Source of the DNA: Adineta vaga
Taxonomy: Eukaryota > Animalia > Rotifera
Assembly (NCBI GenBank): GCA_021613535.1
Contig: CP075492.1
Span: 1 to 64,000, forward strand
Length of the DNA: 64,000 nucleotides
Direction: 5' to 3'
The notes beneath the pieces were generated by a model that worked only from the letters and a program-made list of their open reading frames with translations, searched no databases and had not been told where the DNA came from. This document shows, in pieces, positions 36,100 through 49,676 of this stretch. Each line of letters starts with the position of its first letter. Position 1 is the stretch's first letter. Made by a program: the position numbers and the translations under genes.

Positions 36100-37545
36100 T
36101 TATTCTGATTTAAGACCCACATAAAGAATTGAATTGACAATGTTGATATTCTTGAAATTGATATGACATTGTCGAAGGATTTGTTTTGCCGCTTTATCAC
36201 CAATATTTGCTGGACGTTGTATTTCATAAATATATCTATTTCGACGATGACGTTGACTACTGTTGGTATTTCTTCTTTTTTGTGCAGCTTCTGATCGACG
36301 CTTTCTTCGCTTTGCTGGACGAGATGGATAGTTGTTTGTATCAGGTTCAGCATTTCCAACTTGATCAACTTGTGGAACATCATTTGCATCTATGATTTGT
36401 TCATCGACATGTTCAGAATCTGTAACTAATGTAACCACTGGTAGAATAACAATTGTTGATGTAGATGATTGCATGGACGAAGATAAGTTATTTTCTTCTT
36501 GTTCTTGTTCTTGTTCTGGTTCTTCATCTTCAACAGGTTTCGGTGAGGTTAGACGACGTTCATATGTTTCATGAACAGCCATCATATCCTCACTATCTTC
36601 TTCAGCATCATCATCACCAAACAACGCATCATAACTTGATTTTAAATTGACTGAAGCAGAAAAAGATAACGAGAAGACGTAATTTTCTTTTAAATACAAA
36701 AAATACTTCCCTAAAGATAAACCAGCACATGGAACAGCAGATTCATGCATGAACAACACGATTTGAACGAGTGCGAGAACATCATTCACTGCATAATCGA
36801 TCATGCGATTTCGACGAGATAAAGATATATGTGGATCTTTGTTTGTTAATCGATTGTCGAGACCAATAGACCACGTGCAAAGTGTTTCTCTCTTCGATAA
36901 ATATTGTTCGAATAGATAACAGACAGCGTCTTGGATGCTCCATAGATTTCCTGTAACCATCTTCTGTTCATTTAATAAATGTGCCGGCATTAATAACAAG
37001 GGATCATATGCTGGTGCATGAATTTGTATACCATCGATATGATCATCATCATCTACCATTTGAGAATTGATCCAATCATTAAACCAACGTGTAAAGACAC
37101 ACTGGACATTATGTAATGTACCAAGGATTGGAAATGAGAATAAGGAAAATTGTAAATATGGTGTTAATTCTTGTAATGGATCACCCCAACAATAAAGATG
37201 ACAATCTTGACGAAATATAAGTTCAAATAATTGTCGAAACTTGTGAAACGATGATGATGATGATGATGGAAGGAATTTTGTTTCAAGGATAATTACTGGA
37301 ACTGGTTCTTGTTGTAATGAGATAAATGATATCTGAATAAGTGATGGATTGTTGGTAAATTTATCACCTTCCGTGTCCATACAGAAATGTTTTGTTTCTT
37401 TGGCAACTCGAATGAGATGATCCAATTGAACAAGTGTTGAGCATGAGTTTAAGAAAATTAGATAAGATAATTGGGAAGATTTATATGCTGGAAATAATTC
37501 AGCGTATAATTTTTCTTTAGCAACTTTCTTTCGATGATGTTTCAT
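36100..37545 (-). CDS. ORF3: DEDDy (RNase D-like) 3'-5' exonuclease
   Basis: ExoI FCMDTEGD, ExoII-region WGDPLQEL, ExoIII YAVNDVLA; acidic linker and Arg-rich tail. Confidence 0.8.
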   Translation of the reverse strand: MKHHRKKVAKEKLYAELFPAYKSSQLSYLIFLNSCSTLVQLDHLIRVAKETKHFCMDTEGDKFTNNPSLIQISFISLQQEPVPVIILETKFLPSSSSSSFHKFRQLFELIFRQDCHLYCWGDPLQELTPYLQFSLFSFPILGTLHNVQCVFTRWFNDWINSQMVDDDDHIDGIQIHAPAYDPLLLMPAHLLNEQKMVTGNLWSIQDAVCYLFEQYLSKRETLCTWSIGLDNRLTNKDPHISLSRRNRMIDYAVNDVLALVQIVLFMHESAVPCAGLSLGKYFLYLKENYVFSLSFSASVNLKSSYDALFGDDDAEEDSEDMMAVHETYERRLTSPKPVEDEEPEQEQEQEENNLSSSMQSSTSTIVILPVVTLVTDSEHVDEQIIDANDVPQVDQVGNAEPDTNNYPSRPAKRRKRRSEAAQKRRNTNSSQRHRRNRYIYEIQRPANIGDKAAKQILRQCHINFKNINIVNSILYVGLKSE

Positions 37546-38279
37546 AATACTTTCAACATTGATAGTTTAACTAATCAAGGTTAATAGATAAATAACATTC
37601 AACACTTATGATCAACACTTAAATGTGATTTGAATTCAATGAAGAAGAATTTTATAGAGAATAATAATGAGATATATAAAGATGAATTTGATAAATACTA
37701 ATCAAATGTAAATCAATGGTGAAAAATCAATAGCTATGGATATTATAACCACTAATATTGATACTAATTTAATAAAACCACGTAAGTATTGATGCTATTT
37801 GAAAATAAAATCAGATGCTCGTTGAATAAAAAACCAGGTGAACGTTAGACAACAAATTGAAGTTAAATGACCAACACCACGTACTGACTAATGAACCACG
37901 TAATGCAGCAACAATAATACCTCCACTTGATGTATCAACAGCAACGACAAGACAATTTCTAAAATAATATTTAAAAAATAGATGTGACTAGATCAACCAT
38001 AATCGAACATATCGAGACAAAAAATAAATAATAAGAAACAATAAATAATGACCAATGGCTACGCAGTGACCAATGAATGAACACCTTTAAAATAAATAAA
38101 CTTCAATGAATTATAATAAAAGATGGCGTAATAATCGGTACTATAGTCCATAGAATACTTGACCAATGCTCATAAAAAATATGAATAGAATGAACATTAT
38201 ATAAAACATCAAAATAATAAAGGGAATAAAACAGGAAAAGAAAACGAATAACGTAATAACTTAAATTCATAAGATTTTT

Positions 38280-41200
38280 CTAACAAGTTGAACATGACCT
38301 TAATTGAGACACATGTACTTGGTAGATTTGATCATTAAAACCATCCTTAATCCAGTAAGTGGGATGTTGAACTTGAACAACTATCATTGGATCAGAATAA
38401 ATTGATGATAATTTTGTACGTGATGTTGAAAGTTTTTTCAATACACGATCACCAACATTAAATTGAGGATTAGGACGATGAACATCATAATTTGTTTTAT
38501 AATATTGTTGATGTTTAACGATGTTTTCTCTTGCATGACGATGATATAATGTTAAGGTTCTTTTGAAGAATTGAAAATAATCATTTGGTTTGGAAAATTC
38601 ATATGCAGCAATAGGTGGATCAGGTGGAAGATTTGGTTGACGTCCGAATTGTAATTGATAAGGTGAAAATTCAGTTGTAGCATGTTGACCGGTGTTGTAC
38701 GCAAATACGATTGATTCTAAATGGATGTCCCAATCATTCATGTGCACGTTTGTGACCTTTGCTAACTGACGTTCAAATGTAGCATTAAAACGTTCAATAG
38801 CACCATTTGTCTGTGGGTGATATGGAGTGGATTTGATATGATGACACCCTAATATTGTAGTAAATGCATCGGCTAATTGATTATTGAATGGTGTTCCTTG
38901 ATCCGATTAGATTTGACGTGGTACACCATAAATGCAAATATAATGTTTGTATAAAATTTCCGCTGTTGTTTGTGCATTCTGTTTTTCAACTGGAATTGCA
39001 ATCACCCATTTAGTAAAATAATCTGTAATAGCCAACACATATTTATTGCCTTGTGATGTTGTGGGAAAAGGTCCTGAATAATCTAAACCTATCATTTGAA
39101 ATGGGCCACTAGGAGATTCAATTGGATGAAGAAAACCATATGATTTATGACGTGCAAAATTGAATTTTTGACATTGTAAACATGAATGAAGATAATTTTT
39201 TATTGTATCTTTCATATTTGGCCACCAATAACGATCTTTCAAATTATTATACGTCCGACGAAAACCAAAATGACCAGCCCATGATGACGCATGATAAACT
39301 TCGACCACTTGAGCAACTAATAATAATGGTATATAAATTAATTTTAGATTTGCAATACCACGTTTGATTATTTTATAAAGAATATCGTCCTTCAATTCAA
39401 ATGAACACTTGGATGACTCTTGTTGTAATTTACGAATCTGTTCTTGATAAAATGAATCTTGTTTTTGAGTATCACCAATCTTGGCGACATCAAACACATG
39501 ACCATCCACTCGTGGCGGATGATCATTCACTACCAAAGATTGATCTACTACTGGTTCAATATTGACAACATCCGACAAAGCTACTTTGGCCTTTGCTTGA
39601 GCTCTTGTAGTTACAGCAACGAACGATGAAATACCAGGAATTACACCAAAATCTTCTTCAATAAAATCATCGTCATCTTCAACTTGACGAGGATACCTGG
39701 AGAGATAATCAGCCATACAATTACATTTGCCTGATAAATGATGAATTTGTTTGATATTGTATTGTTGTAAAATCAGTAATATACGATCAACACGACGATT
39801 ATTGGAAGATTTTAACTGCATATCACGTAATGGACAATGATCTGTATATATAGTAAATTCGCGTCCTAATAAATATAATTTCATACGTAAAACACAGTAA
39901 TAAATGGCTAATACCTCTTTCTCAATTGTAGGCCATTTACGTTGAGATTTTGGTAACATTTGTGAATGAAAATAAATATTTTTCCTTTGACCATCTTCAT
40001 CTTCTTGAAACAAAACACCACCAATACAATTATCCGAAGCATCAATTTCTAATGTTAAAGATAATTTATCATCAGGATAGATAAGAAATAGTGGTTCAGT
40101 GATAAGAGCATCTTTTAATTTGTCGAAAGCATCACGTTGAAATTGATCCCAATGAAACTTGTTTTTATTTGCTTTTGTTAAATTTGTAACTGCTAATATA
40201 GGTGCAGCTATTTGAGCATAATTCTTGATAAAATTCCTATACCACCCAATCGACCCAATAAATGCATTTGCTTGATGTAATGAAATGGGTTGTGGGAGAG
40301 ATAAAAATTTTTCAATGCGTTCTTGAAGTGGACGTACACCATCATTACTAATTGTATGACCTAAATAATCGATGTTGGTGCGAAATACTTCACATTTCGG
40401 TGGATTAAGTTGAAATTTGTGTTTGTTGAGAATAGCCAAAACTTGATTGACATGTTGTAAATGTTGATCGAAATTATCCGAGTAAATTAATATATCATCT
40501 AAATAAACGATGCTAAATTTTTTGCATGGAAGTAATAAACTTGACATAATACGTTGAAATGATGGTGGACTATTTTTAAGCCCTTGTGCCAAAACGTTGA
40601 ATTCGAATAAACCATGAGTTGTGATAAATGCCGTTTTGTGTTTGTCATCTTCTTTAATTGGAATTTGAAAGTAGCCCGACTTGAGATCTAATTTTGAATA
40701 ATAGCGACGACCACCAACCATTTGAATTGCTTGTTCAAGATTAGGTAATGGATAATTATCTTGAACGGTGATATTGTTGAGCTTCCGATAATCGACGATA
40801 AATCTGTAAGTACCATCACGTTTTTTGATTAATAAAATTGGAGCTGAGTATTGAGAGAATGATGGCCGAATTTGTTGATTTTTCAACATTTGTTGAATAA
40901 TATCAAAAGTAGCATTTTGTTTTTCAATGGTTTGTGGATAAGGTCGAGACGTTGTTGGAGGTTTATCTTCAGTACAAATGACATGTGGTGTATCTGTTTC
41001 GGCAATGGTTATTGTTGTTGTATCAAATAATCGATGATGTTTTTTAAAAATCTTCCATGCTTCAGTTAATCCTTTTTGATTATCAAGATGAGTTAGGAGA
41101 GAACGGATGTTGTTTTCGCTTGTTGATGTTAATAATTTTGATTGATCTTCATCGATGGAAAATCTTGTTTGAGGATCGAAAATTGTAGATACAAATTCAG

Positions 41201-41909
41201 TTTCATAATACGGTGTCATTTCACCAACAATTTCTTGATAAATCAGCTGTTGATTTTCCATGGAAGAATTGTACATATAAATAGTTGCTACATGATCCAC
41301 CACTGGAACTATTGCATGTGCAGCTATTAATCCTTTTCTTTTCAACGTATCTGCAGGTGAAAATAACATATGTCCAGACGAAATTTGGGAAATAACTTGT
41401 ATTGATTTTTCTTGATTTGGATAAAAAGATGTAAATGTATTTGTTCGACAAGGTACTCGACTATCTTGTATTGTATTTTCCATTGGCATATCAATAATAA
41501 TATCCTGAATATGGACTTGAACTTGTTTTTCTTTGTTGTTGAGACTAACGTAATATTTATTGATATAATCCATTCCTAATAAACAATCCACGCATAAGGT
41601 ATCAACAACACCAGCAACAATACTAGTACTTGATTTATCAAATTCGATGAATATTTTTGTTGTACCAAGAATATTAAATGTTGAACTACCATCGGCCATT
41701 AAATATGATTGTTGTCTAAGTTGTATATTAACATGATTTGTTTGTTCGAGAATAGATTTTTTGATAAAAGATTTAGATGAACCAGTATCGAACATAATTT
41801 TTGTAATAACTTGATTGACTTTTGCAAGGATGAAGATAGGTGATGGATTTAATGAACGAGTAGGAGCATCACCATCAATCGATGATCCTACTGTTGAAAA
41901 TACGGACAC
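38280..41909 (-). pseudogene. pol (protease-RT-RNase H-integrase) with a single nonsense codon at 38907-38909
   Basis: FDTGS, YLDDIL, EIDASD, H..GH..CLQC, GLDYSGP, TDYFTKW, PRQI*SDQG, YHPQTNGAIERFN; the 38280-38747 ORF is in the same frame. Confidence 0.95.
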
Positions 41910-43240
41910 TGTTTGAAGAAATGATCAGTGCCATCACATCTATAACATCGGTATGGAGGTTTTGGTACACGATTAGTTTGTTGTTGTTGAGTTAGTGGTT
42001 TGTTAATTGTTGGTACCCTGTTGTTCATTTGTGGTTGATTTGGATAATTTCGATATGAATTTTGTGGTTGAGCTGGTGTATTATCAAATGTTGAATGTTG
42101 TTGAAATGCTTCACCAATACTTTGTTGCTCATCAAGTGATTTCAATTCTTCGATTTTTTGTGCATATTCCAAAAATGATTCTGTTGTTTTTGGATTTTTC
42201 AATAATATATCAAAACGTAAAGATGTTTTTAATCCATCTTTTAAATATTGCAGTTTAGTTGCTTCATCCATCGTTGGGTTTGCTTCTTTACATAATTTCA
42301 TAATTTCGAAATAATACTGTCGAACATCTTGATTTAAACTTTGTTGATATTGTCTCAATCGATTAAATGCAATATCACGTTTTCCCGACGATTCAAACGT
42401 CTCAATTAATTTTCGGACAAATAATGACCACGATGGAAATAAATGATAATTATCGAAAAACCAATCTTTCACATCAGCTTCTAAACAAGAAGGAATAAAA
42501 AATAATTTATCCATATCTGACAGCTTCAACAAATGCATTGTTTGATTCACTTCACGTAACCATTTCGAAACATTTTGTTTTGATCGACCTGAAAATTTTG
42601 GTAATTTCTCGATATGGCTGAGTAATAACTGATTTCGCAATGAACTAAATACATCATCTTGAGTAACATTCGGTGTGATTAATTGTTGTTGACTTAATAT
42701 AAAATCGTTGGATAAAGGTTTTGTATCATCAGTTTTTTCAGAAGAAAAACGTTGTAGAAATAACTTTGCAAATGAAGTGAATGTTATTAAATTTGCTTCG
42801 TTATATATATACCAAATAAACGCTGCGCCCGTTAACACACCAGGTACAAAGTTCATTCGATCATTTATGTTAATTTGTAATAGATTGAATTTTTCAAATA
42901 AACCTTTAAACCATTGTTCAGCGTCACCTGAACCATCAAATTTCGGTGTTGATTGTAGTTGTTCTTGGATGATTGAATGATGTGTTCCCTGCGAGTGAGC
43001 CATGACTTGATCATTTAATTCATGACCAGCCACAAACTCCTCCTCATCAAGCTTTGTTTCATTTGATGGTTCAACTGATTTTTCTAACTCCGTTAGATTA
43101 TTTCCATTTGACATTTTCTTTTTTGTTGATGGTTTAGTTTCTTTAATATACTGTAGATCATCAATTTTTGTCTGTGAGAAATCAATTGTAGATCGAGTTG
43201 TTTTAATGTTCATTAATGTAACGATCTGCTCACTTGCCAC
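41888..43240 (-). CDS. gag with CCHC zinc knuckle
   Basis: PKFSG..WL motifs, LRQYQQ...YLKDGL, CYRCDGTDHFFKQC; pol overlaps in the -1 frame. Confidence 0.92.
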   Translation of the reverse strand: MASEQIVTLMNIKTTRSTIDFSQTKIDDLQYIKETKPSTKKKMSNGNNLTELEKSVEPSNETKLDEEEFVAGHELNDQVMAHSQGTHHSIIQEQLQSTPKFDGSGDAEQWFKGLFEKFNLLQININDRMNFVPGVLTGAAFIWYIYNEANLITFTSFAKLFLQRFSSEKTDDTKPLSNDFILSQQQLITPNVTQDDVFSSLRNQLLLSHIEKLPKFSGRSKQNVSKWLREVNQTMHLLKLSDMDKLFFIPSCLEADVKDWFFDNYHLFPSWSLFVRKLIETFESSGKRDIAFNRLRQYQQSLNQDVRQYYFEIMKLCKEANPTMDEATKLQYLKDGLKTSLRFDILLKNPKTTESFLEYAQKIEELKSLDEQQSIGEAFQQHSTFDNTPAQPQNSYRNYPNQPQMNNRVPTINKPLTQQQQTNRVPKPPYRCYRCDGTDHFFKQCPYFQQ

Positions 43241-43359
43241 GCGGATTTTTGTAATAAAGTTGTTTGCAAAAATAGGAAAAGAAATAAAATAAACAAATTT
43301 TTAACAAAGTAAAGAAGAAAAGAAAAAAAAATAAAAAAATAAAAAAATAAATAAATACA

Positions 43360-43374
43360 CCGGCTAGTGCACCA
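43360..43374 (-). promoter_or_regulatory. Primer binding site, tRNA-Gly-like
   Basis: TGGTGCACTAGCCGG 1 nt after the 5' LTR; resembles the complement of the tRNA-Gly 3' end. Confidence 0.7.
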
Positions 43375-43375
43375 T

Positions 43376-43600
43376 TGTTAGGATCCGAACTAAAGTGTTG
43401 ACGAAAAAAGGGAAGAGGAAGAAAGCGACACCCTTTTAAGTTTCGGTCTTCGACCACCTTTATTTCAGGTTAGAGAGATAACAACAACAACAACAAAAAA
43501 CAAAAAAAACATATATATAAAGTATAATCCAATAGAAAGAAAAACAACACAAGAAACGAAAGGATCGTCCATCTACTATAAATAGATGGCGATCCTGACA
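43376..43600 (-). repeat. 5' LTR (225 bp)
   Basis: TGTCAGGATC...GATCCTAACA on the minus strand; differs from the 3' LTR by a few substitutions and homopolymer indels. Confidence 0.96.
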
Positions 43601-43658
43601 GTTTCTATTGTTTGCTGAGGATGAGGATGATAGTGAAGATGAAGAGTGTGAAGTGAAA

Positions 43659-44830
43659 TTAAGGGTGATAAGTTTTTTTTTTAATATCGTTTACTAATTT
43701 TTCGAAATGAAATTTTTTGTCTTTCAAGTCATTTGAATGTAACTGATTATTCGATCTTGAAATATTATGTAAACGATTGAAAAATTCTAGTGCTTTCGAA
43801 TAATTGTTTTGGTGTTCATAAATATTAGCAATCTTATTGTATAATTTCATTAAAATCGGATGATCGAACGATAAACATTTTTCTTCAATTTCAATTGCTT
43901 TATGATAATAAAGAAGTACATTGGAGTAATCTTGCATATTATCATAAACTGAACCTGTATATCTGTAAGTTACACCAATATATGAATGATCGGATGGGAT
44001 AAACTTTTTTAGGATTTCATAAGCGCTTTTGCACAATAGAGAAGTGCGAGTGAATAATTACCCATATTATTATTTGATTTTCCAATATTTCCATTAATAA
44101 CACCTAAATGAGGATGATCAGGAGGAAGATTATTTTTGAATATATAAATTGCATGTTGATAATTTAATAATGCGTTTGGATAATCTTTCATACTATCGTA
44201 AACTCGTTCAATATTATTGTATGTTATACCTATATCAGGATGATTGGAATGAAGTGATTTTTGTTGTATTTCAAATACTCTTTTATAAAAACTGAGAGAA
44301 TCTGAATAATCTTCCATTCGATTTTTTTATAATTGTAATATTATTCTATATAACGGCTAATGTAGAATGAGTCGAGGAAATAATTTTCTCCGAGATTTGA
44401 AGGGCTTTGTCATAATATGAAAGTGCAGTTGTGTAATCATCCATATCTCTATGTACTTCGCCAATATTATTGTTGATAGTCGCTAGAAGAGAATCATTGG
44501 AAGGATAATTCGTTGAACATATTTTATACGCATTCTCATAGGCTGAAAGTGTCTTGGAATAGTTTCCCATTTTTTCGTGTATTTCACCAAGTCGATCCCT
44601 TCGCGGATAGTCTCTCATCTGACTATATATCGAGCCAAGATTATGATAGCTGAGAGCCAAATCAGGATGATTAAGAGGAAGATATTTTTCTTGAATATTC
44701 AATGCCCTTTGAAATGATACAAGAGCATCTGATAATCTCCCATTTTAATCATTAGATTAGCGAGACAATGTATAGAAAATAAAATTTCATTCTCCTCAAC
44801 AAACTGAGTTGTTGTTTTCATTGAATCAAT
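43659..44830 (-). pseudogene. TPR-repeat (kinesin-light-chain-like) gene, fragmented
   Basis: Repeats HPDLALSYHNLG, LATINNNIGEV..YTTALSYYDKAL, HPDIGITYNNI are split across frames. Confidence 0.85.
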
Positions 44831-45200
44831 TGTGATTTCAAATGACATAATTTACCAAATTCGTCATTAAACATTCGTTCACTACGATAATCAAGTATAA
44901 CTAATGGTATGTAATTATTCTTTAATTTGAAAAAAAACTCCACTCAAAATGTCCTATAAAGCCTTTTTTCATATACATTCATTCTAATAATTATCAATAT
45001 GAAAATGCTTATTAAACGGATCTAATATGTTGATCAACATCTGTATCGATAATAAAACAAAAATTGATAATTAATGTTATTTCGTATATTCACCAGGGTT
45101 TATCAATATTAGTATTAGAAATACAAGACCATTTGCTTTTCTCTCTCTCTCTCGATATGTTTTAACACTTATTCTCAACATTCATTTGAAAGAAAAAAAA

Positions 45201-48200
45201 ATGCTCTTGAAAAGAATTCTGTATTTTAGTTTGTTAATTCATCTAGTAAAAGTAGAAGTTCAATTAAATTTTCATTTAACTGATTGGACTAATGAAAACC
45301 ATGATTTTCTGCATGATTGTTTGAATGTTATTGCTCGAACTGAACATGAATCTGATCCATATCAAGTTATTTCATATTGTATGTCTGAATGGCCATCAAA
45401 TTTTCTCTTAGAAACCAATACTATCGATGAAAGCTTTACTTTTTTTCAACTTGCACAAAAACAAATAACAAGTGAACACTTATATCATTGGTCTGCATCA
45501 ATTGATCTTATTGAAAATTATCAAATTTATTTAAATCAATTATCATCATCATCATTAGAAGATACAATCTTTTATAATTGTACATTACCTTCATCTGGAT
45601 CACAATGTCAATATATTTTAATGAATTATACAAAAAATTCTTCATCATTAAATGAAATTCTTTATAATTATTATCAAAACAATATTTATAAACCAATAGA
45701 ATTCACATGTTATATACATTTAGAATGTAATCGTGGTCCATTTCCTGCATGTCTCGATTGGACAGAAATATGTGATGGAAAAATTCATTGTCTTAATGAT
45801 GGAATTGATGAAAAATATTGTTGGCAACTTGAAATTTTTCAATGTAATGAAGATGAATTTAAATGTAATTATGGACAATGTATTTTAAAATCTCTTATTC
45901 ATGATCAATCATCCGCGTCTGATTGTTCAGATTGATTCGATGAAGCATTTGGATGGACATCGGGTTTGAAAGCTGGTCAATTCTTTACGCGAGAACCCAT
46001 ATTTGCACATGAAGATATTTCATGTATTAGTCATTCTAATGGATTAAGTACATTTGTTTTAACAAGTTCATGTGAACCATATCGTGAAGAACTTTTAATC
46101 AAAACATTTTTCTCAATTAAACCAAAATTATTAGATGAACAATGTTGGTTAATTATGCAATGTATTATACAATTACCAAATTTCTTAGAAGCAAAATTTC
46201 TTAACTTTGCTTTTCCTAAAACAGTAACATGTGAAAGTCTTTATAATGAAAATTTATTCAAAAAAATCATCAAAGATAAATGTCCAAATATGATACCAAT
46301 TTCCGATTATCCAATACTTGATGATCATGTTTATTTTCTATTTGAAAAAAATTCTTTAAAATATTCATCTCGTCCACTTCCACCAACATATATTTGTTTT
46401 GATAATCAACGTATTTATATACCTGATGATGGAAAAACATTTCTTCTAACTGCTGTTAATAAAACTAGTCGATATTTTAGAGATATTAATTCAGAAAATG
46501 TCCCTTCACCTGAAACAAGATGGTTATATTTATTTATTCGTTCTATAACTAAATGGTTATCAAAAGTGACACCATCAATTCTCAATAATTCTACATTATG
46601 TAATCAAACAATTATGTATCAATGTGAAAATTCCATGAAATGTATTTCAAAAACACGTTTACTCAATGAAGTAAATGACTGTTATTATAATGATGATGAA
46701 GATTATTTATCAATACGTAATAATACCAATTTAATTGAACAATTACCTCATTATATAAAATGTAAATCATCAAATAATTATATTCATTTATTTCAAGTTA
46801 ATGATCAACTTCAATGTGATTGTCGAGTTCCTGGAGATGATTATTGTGATGATGAACATTCCGGTGAATTATATTTTCGAAAAACAATTTTATTTCAAAC
46901 AATTTGTGATAAATATCTTCATTTAACATCAGAATTTACTTCTGATAAAAATGAAACCGATGAAACTAATTGTGAACATTGGCCAATTGTTCATGTTTAT
47001 AATCATTGTGATGGATTTTGGTATTTAGTTAACGGTGAAGATGAACTCAATTGTGATCCATCTGAATCTTTATTAAATTGTTCAAAAAATCATCATGTAT
47101 GTGTATCAATAGAAACTAAACAATTAATATGTTTACCTATTGAAAAAGCTAATAATGGTATTATCGATTGTTTTGGTGCTGCTGATGAATCAACATTTTG
47201 TAATCGAACTTTAATACCAAAGTCCGATGCAAATTTATTTTATTGTGGATCATATTGTATTACAGATGTTAAATTATGTAATAAAAGAGTCAATTGTGAT
47301 ATGAATGAAGATGATGAAAAACTTTGTCAAAATAATGATCTTGAACATTTGATTAATGATGGTGAAAATGGAATTTGTACGAAAAATTATGAATTATATG
47401 CATCTGATCCTATTAAAACATTATATAGATTATTTGTTCATCATGAAGAACGATTTGTTATACATTTTACATTAAATTCAACAAAGAATTCAATTGGATA
47501 TACATCACAACATGGTTTTCCTTTACAAATTTCATTAAATAAAACATTAAAATTGATTTGTTTATGTCCATCAAGTTACTATGGTAATCGATGTCAATAT
47601 TAAAATCAACGTATTAGTCTTACTTTACAATTTCATAGTGAAGCAATATTTTCGAGAAATTCCATTTATTATAATAATATTATTAATTGATATTACAATA
47701 AATGAACGAATTATTCATTCATATGAAAAATTAAATTTTTTATTTTTAAAACATTGTCAAAAGAAATTTAATATTTATTTATTATATTCAACACGACCAA
47801 AAGATTCTCATAGAAATTATTCAATTCATATTGATATTTATGAAAAACTAACATTAAATTATCGAGGAAGTTTTATTAAATCAATTCTTTATTCATTTTT
47901 ACCTATTCATCGTCTTGTTTATCAACTCCATATTTTAAAATATAATGAAAGTTTTTGTCAATGTGATCGAGGTTGGTCAGGGAAATTTAGTGCTATTCAA
48001 TATTTCTCTACATGTTCATTAGATTCGTTAAGTCTTGGTCAATTAGGAAATAATCGTTCATTATGTATGTGTTCATTAGATAAAATAGGTTCTCGTTGTT
48101 TTATTTCCAATTGTATATGTCAAAAAGAGACATGTTTTAATAATGAAAAACAAATTTGTTTTTGTCAAGAAATTCTAAATAAAACTCGTGTATGAAATTG

Positions 48201-49220
48201 TTTTGAATTTGATCATAATGCACGTTCAAAATGTCTTGGAGAAAATACATGTGAAAATAATGGTGAATGTTATCAAGATAATTCATTATGTCCAAAATAT
48301 TTTCTTTGTCAATGTCGTGTTTGTTATTATGGAAAGCGATGTGAATTAAATATAAATACATTTAGTCTTTCATTGGATTTAATTCTTGCTTTTCATATAA
48401 AATTAAATGAAAATTTTATTAAATAATCACTTACGGTTTTATTGAGTGAAATATTTAGTATTATTATTATATTTACTGGATTAATTAATGCTTTTCTTTC
48501 ATTAATTACATTTAGAAATCCGAAAACAAGAGAATTTGGTTGTGAAATTTTGGATTTTAATTTCTACACATATTGTTTTAATTAAAAATGAATATTTTTT
48601 CTTGATTTTCTTCTTTGATCATGTTTAATAATTGATCAATAGTTAATTGGATTTGTATCAATTGAAAGAGGATATGTTTCAATTAAATGTATTACTTGGA
48701 ATAAAAGAAAAACACGATCTTTTGCTAAATATATTATTTTATTAATTATATTAACAAATATTCATGATCCATTTAATCGAACTTTATATAAATGAAATGA
48801 ATGATAATAATAATAATGAAAAACAAATTCTTAAATATCGATCATCAATTCTTTTCATTTTATTGTTCCATTTATAATTAATATTCTATCAATAATAACA
48901 ATTATAATAAACAAAGTTTTACAAAAAAAAAACGTGATTATCAATCAATTTTAAATGAACAATTTCAAGAACATAAAAACTTCCTTAATTGTTCCATGTA
49001 TTTTAATAATTGTTGCAATACGACGTTTAATAATTACATTTGCATCTGCTTGTATGAAATCTATTAATGATTGATGGTTATTTCTTACGGGATATTTTAT
49101 ATCATTAATTCCATCAATACTTACTTTTATTTTATTTGTTTTATTATCAACTGTTTATCGACAAGAATTTCGTAAAGCACTTTGTCGTTATCGAAAAATT
49201 CTTCAAAAGACATTCATAAA
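45201..49220 (+). pseudogene. LDLa/EGF-repeat ectodomain + 7TM receptor gene, decayed
   Basis: Signal peptide, CLDWTEICDGKIHCLNDGIDE, LDLa and EGF motifs, in-frame TGA at 45933-45935, frameshifts, and eroded TM helices towards 49220. Confidence 0.85.
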
Positions 49221-49676
49221 TTAAAATTATTATTTATTCTTTGTTGTCTTGTATACATTTGTTATTGTCATAAATTCATTTGCGTCGGAAGTTAATCAGA
49301 AAAATTCAATTGAAAATAAAAGCGTTCATATTCCAAATTTTTTATATAAAGAAATAAATCACATGTTTGCATCAAGTTAGAAACTAGGAAAAAACCCAAA
49401 TAAGATAAAGAAAAATAGATAAGAATGAAATGAAGAAGATAGAGTATAAATATTGAAAGCAAATTCAAAACACAGTCGATAAATAATTTAAAGGTGAGTT
49501 ACAATATTTTTGCTTCTTATTTAATAATAAGTCAAACAATCGTTCATCTTTTACTAAAAAGTGATGCTAAATAAAACTAAAGATTTCAGGGATATAGATG
49601 AGAATGATAAATAGATAGTTTCATTCTCATTTTCAAGATGAATTATATATTTATAGACAATTGATTGAGTTGATCT

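Larger units (their letters stand above)
35809..43600 (-). mobile_element. Full-length Ty3/gypsy LTR retrotransposon with extra ORF3 (Vesta-like)
   Basis: TG..CA LTRs, 5-bp TSD GTTTC (35804-35808 and 43601-43605), PBS, PPT, gag, PR-RT-RH-IN pol. Confidence 0.97.

Noticed and set aside
43230-43457. 75-aa hydrophobic ORF before gag
   Set aside because: Spans the LTR, PBS and T-rich leader; a low-complexity artefact.
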